Translations under genes and position numbers: made by a program
Source of the DNA: an uncultured Planctomycetia bacterium
GTDB taxonomy: Bacteria > Omnitrophota > Gorgyraeia > VGKH01 > JBHPFN01
Assembly: GCA_964406665.1 (NCBI GenBank)
Contig: CAYOSQ010000003.1
Location: forward strand, 102,641-166,640
Length of the DNA: 64,000 nt
Direction of reading: 5' to 3'
Notes under the pieces: generated by a model
Seen by the model: the letters and a program-made list of their open reading frames with translations, nothing else
Told to the model about the DNA's origin: nothing
Database searches by the model: none
Shown: in pieces, positions 58,257 to 64,000 of the stretch
Layout: every line of letters starts with the position of its first letter
Numbering within the stretch: the stretch's first letter is position 1

Positions 58257-58527
58257 CTCCCTTCAAAGAATTTTAAAAGGTTATTTTTTATTACTTTATT
58301 ATTTGTAAAGGGTTTTGTTTCAGATAAAAAAGGTAAGACTTCGTGGCAAGATGAAACTAAAACTGTAGTTTTCTTAATTCGCATACTGATTCTTTTAAAT
58401 TGTTTAGGTTGGGTTGCTACTTTTTAAAACATTTTAACTAATCAGGTGTAACAAAGTAAAGACATTTTAGCAAAAATGAACAAGAATAGTCAATGGACAA
58501 ATTTGCTTTTAATTTGTACTTTTTTGC

Positions 58528-58953
58528 TCAAGGGGGGATAGTTTCTAGTGGCTTGGAGAAGCAAAGACCTAATTCATAAGAAGAGAGTACCTTGTTCCAT
58601 TTTGACCAAACAACATGCGCATTCATTGTTTCATTTTGATTTTGTGATTTAATAGCGAGAGGCGTTCCCGGTGTAAGTGGCCTACTGCGGAAAGTATGTT
58701 TGTGATTATTTTGATGGTTGTTACCGTTACGCAAAGAGCATGAATCATTGAAGAACCAAAAGCGGCATTTGCTGCACTGTTGGCATTGCCATCCCTTTGG
58801 CCAAAGTATCATCATCCCACCTTGGCTTAAGTTGCGCGTGGTAACGGGGACATCGTTAGGGATCTTTTTCTTTCTTGGTGTTATCAAGTTGGCAGAGAGG
58901 TTTACTTTTCTTGTCAGACGTTTAAATTCTCTTCTCTCGATTTTAGGCTTCAT
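58528..58953 (-). CDS. PilZ-domain protein (putative c-di-GMP receptor)
   Basis: RREFKR (RxxxR) and NLSQGG ((D/N)xSxxG) about 30 residues apart. Confidence 0.5.
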   Translation of the reverse strand: MKPKIERREFKRLTRKVNLSANLITPRKKKIPNDVPVTTRNLSQGGMMILWPKGWQCQQCSKCRFWFFNDSCSLRNGNNHQNNHKHTFRSRPLTPGTPLAIKSQNQNETMNAHVVWSKWNKVLSSYELGLCFSKPLETIPP

Positions 58954-58957
58954 AACT

Positions 58958-59797
58958 TTACATCAAATCTTTTTTGTTTTTTAAATAATCAAAGAATGAA
59001 TTAGCATTCTTTTTTGAAATACAGTGTTTTTGTCTAAAATGTGTAGGTGAAATCTTCAACTTCTTTTTAAATACCCTAGAGAAGTATGCTGGGTCTTGAT
59101 ATCCGGTTGCACTGGCAATTTGAGCAATGCTAAGTTTTAGATTCTTAAGCAGCCGAATACTTTTTTCCAAGCGAATTCTGGTTAAGTAATCCTTGAAATT
59201 TTCCTTAGCATATTTTTTGAGCAAGTGGCTTAAGTAATGATATCCGATATTATTCTCTTGAGCCACCTCTTTAAGTGTAAGCGAGCTTTGATAATAGTGG
59301 TTTTGAATATAAAGAATAGATCTTTTCAGTATCTCTTGCGAATGGGTAAGGCCGCTTGGTGAAAAATCTAAGTGAGTGATGGGCAAATCAAGGTGGGAGA
59401 GAGCATTGGTAAATTCATATATGTGATTAGAAATCTCAGAGAACGACTTTTTTAACTGTGTTTTGTTGTCTTTTATTTTAATAAAAAGTAGTCGTGCAAG
59501 TTTATTATTATAATATATAGGAATAAAAACGATTCTTTGCTTGATTGGGCAAGGGTAAATATGAAATTTTCCATTGTTGCCTATTTCGCAGGGAGTGATT
59601 GCGCACTGCAATTTATTTAAACGGCATTTTTTTAGGCAGGGGAGCTTTTTCGAGCTTGTTGGATTAGCAATATCAAGAAATTTAACTTCAAACCCGCTAC
59701 ACTCTTGAAAAGATTGTTTCCAACTATTAATTAAAGCGAGGGGGGCAACGTGTTTCATCGGTAAATTATTATTATACTCAGGCAGAAAAAAATACAA
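58958..59797 (-). CDS. AraC-family transcriptional regulator
   Basis: C-terminal dual HTH_AraC region (LTLKEVAQENNIGYHYLSHLLKK ... IAQIASATGYQDPAYFSRVFKK); the N-terminal domain is Cys-containing. Confidence 0.75.
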   Translation of the reverse strand: MYFFLPEYNNNLPMKHVAPLALINSWKQSFQECSGFEVKFLDIANPTSSKKLPCLKKCRLNKLQCAITPCEIGNNGKFHIYPCPIKQRIVFIPIYYNNKLARLLFIKIKDNKTQLKKSFSEISNHIYEFTNALSHLDLPITHLDFSPSGLTHSQEILKRSILYIQNHYYQSSLTLKEVAQENNIGYHYLSHLLKKYAKENFKDYLTRIRLEKSIRLLKNLKLSIAQIASATGYQDPAYFSRVFKKKLKISPTHFRQKHCISKKNANSFFDYLKNKKDLM

Positions 59798-59992
59798 GCT
59801 AAAATTTTAGGTGCTTCCCAGACTAGATGGTCAAAATAAGAAGGGTAAAGATGCCTAGTTTTCTTTTCTATGGTATAATCGCCCACGTAAATATTGCTTC
59901 ACTTTATCTTTATTTATTCTATAATAAATGTGTTGCTGATTTGAAAGATTTGAAATGGTATCCTTAGGCTTACATATTAAAAAAGGAAAGAA

Positions 59993-60613
59993 ATGAAAAA
60001 GAAAGTAACAGGGTTGATGATAGTTTTGTTATGTTTGGCTTTTGCAGCACCTCTATTTGCTAATGAGCCGACATCAATTTCTATTATAGAGTTGATTTCA
60101 AACCCTGAAAAACATCACGGTAAGTTTATAAGGATTCTTGGTTATGTAGAGCTAGAATTTGAAGGTACGGCAATATATTTGTCAAAAGAAGGCGCTAATA
60201 AAAATCTAAATAAAAATGGCTTATGGCTTACGTTATCTTACTTTCCAGATTATAAAGATCTTGATGGGAAATTATGCTTAATTGAAGGAATTTTTAATTC
60301 AAAACATAAAGGACATTTTGGTCTCTGGAGCGGTTCCGTTGAAGATATTACTAGATTCGAACTTTGGGAGGAGCAGCCCAGCGGTGCTGAAAATGATCCA
60401 GGGTATTACGACGATCTAGCTCAGGTCTGCAGAGATAAACAAAGTGTAAGTTGCTGTATGGCGTCAGTAAACAGAATGAAAGAAGATGGCCTCAAACTTG
60501 CGTCTGAAGATGGTAGCTGTCCGGAAGGGTTTGTGCGAAATATGATGAGGTGCATTGATAGTTTTAGGTGGTGCCAGCCAGTAGAATCTAAAACTGGTTT
60601 TAAGAAGGATTAA
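59993..60613 (+). CDS. hypothetical secreted protein
   Basis: Signal peptide; C-terminal Cys-containing region. Confidence 0.4.
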   Translation: MKKKVTGLMIVLLCLAFAAPLFANEPTSISIIELISNPEKHHGKFIRILGYVELEFEGTAIYLSKEGANKNLNKNGLWLTLSYFPDYKDLDGKLCLIEGIFNSKHKGHFGLWSGSVEDITRFELWEEQPSGAENDPGYYDDLAQVCRDKQSVSCCMASVNRMKEDGLKLASEDGSCPEGFVRNMMRCIDSFRWCQPVESKTGFKKD

Positions 60614-60614
60614 A

Positions 60615-61103
60615 GTGAAAAAAATTAAATTATTTGCAAAGACAGTATTAGTAATAAATTTAGTAAATTTTTTCTGTACTTTTTCGTTTAGAATAAATAG
60701 TTTTGTGAGACAGTTTACAAGGTGGGTAGAAATGGGCCATAGTAATTATTTAGGTAAAGATCAATCTTTCTTCGGTCTCATTATCCAAGAGTTTCTTATG
60801 TATGCTCTTTGCGTACTTCCATTTATCATTATTATATTTCTTGTATCCGTAGCTACAATCAAGAATTTGGAGCGCTTCAGAGGTGTTAAAAAAGGAATTC
60901 TGCTAGGTTCTCTTATTGGTGGGGGATTTTCTTCTGTAATAATCGCCTTGTCTACAATCCCGCGCTTTTTTCATATAATGCATGATGGAACAGCCGAGTG
61001 GATGTTTTCATTGTTGACCGTATTTTGGCTTGGATATCCTTCAATTATCATAGGAATCGGCCTAGGTGCGTTGGTAGCTATAATAAGGAAAGATAAGACT
61101 TAG
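60615..61103 (+). CDS. hypothetical membrane protein
   Basis: Four TM helices. Confidence 0.4.
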   Translation: MKKIKLFAKTVLVINLVNFFCTFSFRINSFVRQFTRWVEMGHSNYLGKDQSFFGLIIQEFLMYALCVLPFIIIIFLVSVATIKNLERFRGVKKGILLGSLIGGGFSSVIIALSTIPRFFHIMHDGTAEWMFSLLTVFWLGYPSIIIGIGLGALVAIIRKDKT

Positions 61104-61169
61104 CCCGCTGAAAGGCTTGCGAAAAAAACAATATGTTTCTAAGTAGTGCTGAGAGAATCGAAGTGCGGG

Positions 61170-61195
61170 CTAGCACCGAGAGTAACGAGGTGTAC
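61170..61195 (+). repeat. GC-rich hairpin repeat, copy 1 (CTAGCACCGAG-N6-CGAGGTGT)
   Basis: A second, directly oriented copy lies at 61964-61990; the two flank the pcm gene. Confidence 0.5.
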
Positions 61196-61230
61196 GCAAG
61201 AAATTAATTAGAGAGGCATAGAATCTTAAA

Positions 61231-61956
61231 ATGAAAATTTTAGGTTTGGCAGTTGGTTTATTAATTTTGGTTTGTGGTTGTGCTGATTCAAACGCAACCA
61301 AACATAGGTTCTCTTCAGATGAACCGATATTTTCTCGGGCTAGAAAAAACATGGTCGATACTCAGATAAAATCCCGCGAGGTTAAGGACAGACGGGTAAT
61401 TCGGGCAATGCTTAAGGTGAAAAGGCATATTTTTGTTCCGGCGCGTATTAGGAATTTTTCTTATGCTGATCGGCCGTTGCCCATTGGTGAAGACCAGACG
61501 ATTTCTCAACCCTATATTGTTGCTCTTATGAGCGAACTATTAAATTTAGAAGGCGATGAGAAAGTTTTAGAGATTGGAACCGGCTCTGGCTATCAAGCAG
61601 CTATATTAGGTGAATTGGCAGATGAAGTTTATACAATTGAGATTTTAGAGCCTTTAGCCATTCGAGCAGAAAGTACTTTAGAGTATTTAGGGTATAAAAA
61701 TATCACGGTTAAATTCGGTGATGGATATCTTGGCTGGCCAGAGCACGCACCTTTTGATGCGATTATTGTTACCTGTGCACCGCCAGAAATCCCCCAGCCT
61801 TTGATTGATCAGCTAGCCGAAGGTGGTAGAATGGTTATACCAGTTGGGGTACGCTGGCAGGAATTGAAGGTATTGGAAAAAGTTGATGGCCAGATAAAGA
61901 CTAGTAGCAGCATCCCAGTCAGATTTGTTCCTATGATAAAAAGCTTAGACCGTTGA
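61231..61956 (+). CDS. pcm: protein-L-isoaspartate O-methyltransferase, lipoprotein-type N-terminus
   Basis: VLEIGTGSGYQAAIL SAM-binding motif and PCMT conserved regions (QTISQPYIVA, PVGV); N-terminal LVCGCA lipobox. Confidence 0.85.
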   Translation: MKILGLAVGLLILVCGCADSNATKHRFSSDEPIFSRARKNMVDTQIKSREVKDRRVIRAMLKVKRHIFVPARIRNFSYADRPLPIGEDQTISQPYIVALMSELLNLEGDEKVLEIGTGSGYQAAILGELADEVYTIEILEPLAIRAESTLEYLGYKNITVKFGDGYLGWPEHAPFDAIIVTCAPPEIPQPLIDQLAEGGRMVIPVGVRWQELKVLEKVDGQIKTSSSIPVRFVPMIKSLDR

Positions 61957-61963
61957 AAACGGT

Positions 61964-61990
61964 CTAGCACCGAGCTTCAGCGAGGTGTGC
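61964..61990 (+). repeat. GC-rich hairpin repeat, copy 2
   Basis: CTAGCACCGAG-cttcag-CGAGGTGTGC, immediately after a GACCGTT-gaaa-ACGGTC hairpin that spans the pcm stop codon. Confidence 0.5.
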
Positions 61991-62055
61991 GGTTTGTGCC
62001 GATGGTTAGGGAAGATATTAAGAAGCAGTAGATTTTTCTATTTAGCATAACAAAT

Positions 62056-62095
62056 TTACACTACATTCCTGTGTTTATGCTATAATGTAGTGTAA
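62056..62095 (+). promoter_or_regulatory. promoter -10 (TATAAT at 62081-62086) embedded in an 11 bp perfect inverted repeat (operator-like)
   Basis: TTACACTACAT ... ATGTAGTGTAA; typical of an autoregulated small-operon promoter. Confidence 0.5.
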
Positions 62096-62110
62096 AAGGA
62101 ACATGCGGCC

Positions 62111-62413
62111 ATGAAAATATTAAAAGGAATCTTATCGGAAAGTAAAGAATACTACCTTAGATTAAAAAGGCAGATAGAAAGAAAGATTGCTGAACTTGCC
62201 AAAGGAAGTATTAAAGAAAGAAAAATCTCCGGTAGGAAGTATTACTATTTGCAAAGACGAGAAGGCAATAAGATTGTGCATAAATATCTGGGTAGATGCA
62301 AGCCCGAAGACCTTTCAAAGCAGATACGAAGAAGAAGAGAATTAAAAAATGAGCTAAAAAAAGTTAACGAAGCTTTAAAAATACTAAAGAGGTCTGAGGG
62401 AAGAAGGAAATGA
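62111..62413 (+). CDS. small basic protein (100 aa), partner of the downstream nucleotidyltransferase
   Basis: Highly basic and Lys/Arg-rich; ATGA overlap with the next gene; no recognised domain. Confidence 0.4.
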   Translation: MKILKGILSESKEYYLRLKRQIERKIAELAKGSIKERKISGRKYYYLQRREGNKIVHKYLGRCKPEDLSKQIRRRRELKNELKKVNEALKILKRSEGRRK

Positions 62414-63108
62414 TTAAAATTATTACGGACATTCTAAATGTCTTTGCTCAAAATAATCTTTTTGATGAGGGTGTTGAACTTATCGGAAGTTGGTGTTTTA
62501 AATTGTATCAAAAACATTTGGGAGCTAAGAATTTTCCTTTAAGAACTCAGGATATTGATTTTCTTATTCCCAGCCCTTATCTTGGAAGAGAGCATCCGGA
62601 TTTTGTGAATCAACTAGAGCAGCTAGGGTTCAATTACAATTTCAAGAGAGACGGATCGCTATATCTATGGAATGCGGAATTAAAAATAGAATTCATAACT
62701 CCAGAGAAGGGCTGTGGCGTGGATGGTTCTCTAAAAATCAAAAAGCTTGGACTAAATGCCATACCACTGCGATACGTCGGGTTATTGTTGGATAGCCCCA
62801 TTACTATTGTTGAAAATGGTATTAAGGTCAGACTTCCTAATCCTGCTCATTTTTGCCTACATAAGCTTATTATTGCCAGTCAGAGACGTAAAATTGATAA
62901 GAGTTTGAAAGATTTACAGCAAGCAATTTGTACTTCTGTAATTGTTAATAGCGAAGAAATTCAGAAAATATTTGAATCTTTACCGAAGAAGTGGCAAGGT
63001 GCTATTGTCCGGATGCTTGAAAAGGCTAAGGTGGCATTGCCGTTATTAATTGAAGATATAGAGAAGCTTGAACATACACTACAAAATGTCAAGAAAAAGA
63101 AGATGTAG
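62410..63108 (+). CDS. nucleotidyltransferase-fold protein (minimal NTase, possible toxin/defence-module component)
   Basis: IGSWCFKLY ... LRTQDIDFLI (the hG[GS] ... [DE]h[DE]h NTase motif) and a downstream acidic KIEF; C-terminal helical region. Confidence 0.5.
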   Translation: MIKIITDILNVFAQNNLFDEGVELIGSWCFKLYQKHLGAKNFPLRTQDIDFLIPSPYLGREHPDFVNQLEQLGFNYNFKRDGSLYLWNAELKIEFITPEKGCGVDGSLKIKKLGLNAIPLRYVGLLLDSPITIVENGIKVRLPNPAHFCLHKLIIASQRRKIDKSLKDLQQAICTSVIVNSEEIQKIFESLPKKWQGAIVRMLEKAKVALPLLIEDIEKLEHTLQNVKKKKM

Positions 63109-63112
63109 TGTA

Positions 63113-63166
63113 AAGATAAAGACCAGTACCAGCATCCCTGTTAGGTTTGTTCCTATGGTGCAAAAG
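63113..63166 (+). repeat. degenerate duplicate of the 3' end of pcm (roughly 85% identical to 61893-61948)
   Basis: Encodes ...TSTSIPVRFVPMVQK, compared with the pcm C-terminus ...SSSIPVRFVPMIKSL. Confidence 0.6.
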
Positions 63167-63174
63167 GAGTTAAA

Positions 63175-63537
63175 ATGAAAAAAATAATACTTGTTTTGGT
63201 TTGCTTGGGATTCGTTGGATGTGCGACGATTAGTTTTGCTCAAGATGCTGATGTTAAATTAATCACAAAAGATGATGCTATTCGTATTGCTAAAGAATTC
63301 TGGAGTAAACAAGGTTTAAAGATCTTGAGAATATCAGCACGTGAAGATAAAGGTGGATGGATGATTTATGCAGAAACCTTTATAGAAGAACAACCCAATA
63401 TTAAAGGTGAAATAATGGTAGGTGAGGTTATTTTGGCTCTAAGGCTTGACGAGAATGGAAATTGGATAAATGATGGACGCCAACTAAAAAAAAGTTTTAC
63501 TAATCGTGAATGGATGGTTTGGCAAGATGTGGAATAA
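63175..63537 (+). CDS. hypothetical lipoprotein
   Basis: Lipobox FVGCAT; no domain. Confidence 0.4.
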   Translation: MKKIILVLVCLGFVGCATISFAQDADVKLITKDDAIRIAKEFWSKQGLKILRISAREDKGGWMIYAETFIEEQPNIKGEIMVGEVILALRLDENGNWINDGRQLKKSFTNREWMVWQDVE

Positions 63538-63546
63538 TAGGGGGTT

Positions 63547-63756
63547 ATGGAAATGAATAAAAAACAACTGAGAGTTATTATTGCCATGGGGATTTTAGAA
63601 ATTCTCATTTTTTATATTCAAACATTTCATGTCGCTTTATTGTGTGATAATTTCTTTCAATGCTATAGAGATATTTTACCTGGAGCAATAATAATCTTAG
63701 TTATCGGTAGCTTCTCAATCTATATCTTCAGAGACAGAAAGAATAAGGAGTCCTAA
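63547..63756 (+). CDS. small hypothetical membrane protein
   Basis: Two TM helices. Confidence 0.3.
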   Translation: MEMNKKQLRVIIAMGILEILIFYIQTFHVALLCDNFFQCYRDILPGAIIILVIGSFSIYIFRDRKNKES

Positions 63757-63757
63757 A

Positions 63758-64000
63758 GTGAAAAAACTATTCATCATCTTTATGTGTGTGATGCAGCGAG
63801 GGAATAGATTATTTCCGAGTAGTACTGCCTATGCAAAGCAATGCAAAATAGCATTTGTTGTTTTGCTTTGCTCAGTGTTGGTTGGATATACGAGTTTTTG
63901 TTTTGCTCAAGATGCTGTAGATGAAGAAGAATATCTATATTCTGCATCGATTCGTGAGTTTGGTGAAATTACCGTAACTGGAAAATATAAACGGAAAGAG
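63758..64000 (+). CDS. hypothetical secreted protein, 5' partial (continues beyond the window)
   Basis: GTG start after AAGGAG; the signal peptide is followed by an FGEITVTG-type stretch, possibly an outer-membrane-receptor N-terminus. Confidence 0.3.
   Translation, partial: MKKLFIIFMCVMQRGNRLFPSSTAYAKQCKIAFVVLLCSVLVGYTSFCFAQDAVDEEEYLYSASIREFGEITVTGKYKRKE

Overview
This is a 64 kb window of low-GC bacterial chromosome (roughly 35–38% GC) using the standard genetic code. It is almost entirely coding, on the + strand until about 54 kb, with no rRNA, tRNA, CRISPR array or transposase seen. The backbone is housekeeping: a split trp operon (trpG-D-C-F at 0.2–3.2 kb, trpB-A at 25.3–27.3 kb), argS, recJ, pgi, rsfS, rpmB, uppP, RNA-modification enzymes and an ABC-F ATPase. 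A sulfate-assimilation and siroheme operon runs from 41.7 to 48.4 kb: a DUF2061-like protein, Fe-S type APS reductase, sirC, hemA, hemC (truncated, domain 3 absent), cobA, hemB, hemL and a small sulfite reductase. Accessory content includes:
- a GC-rich ~190 nt structured ncRNA with its own consensus promoter and terminator (22.5 kb);
- a Cas4-like PD-(D/E)XK nuclease paired with an RNase-H-like exonuclease;
- two radical SAM genes embedded after trpF;
- a tail-fibre-like surface protein with a C-terminal intramolecular-chaperone domain;
- a secreted protein made of near-identical 231 bp cysteine-rich tandem repeats;
- a nucleotidyltransferase two-gene module inserted beside pcm, with a duplicated pcm 3' fragment.
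The most striking feature is a minus-strand locus at 54.4–59.8 kb: an AraC regulator, a PilZ c-di-GMP receptor, two secreted N/Q/S/G/A-rich imperfect-repeat proteins, a periplasmic C39-like peptidase and an outer-membrane beta-barrel. This architecture parallels the Fap/curli functional-amyloid systems but has no recognisable sequence homology to them, so it is a candidate undescribed amyloid or biofilm-fibre secretion system.
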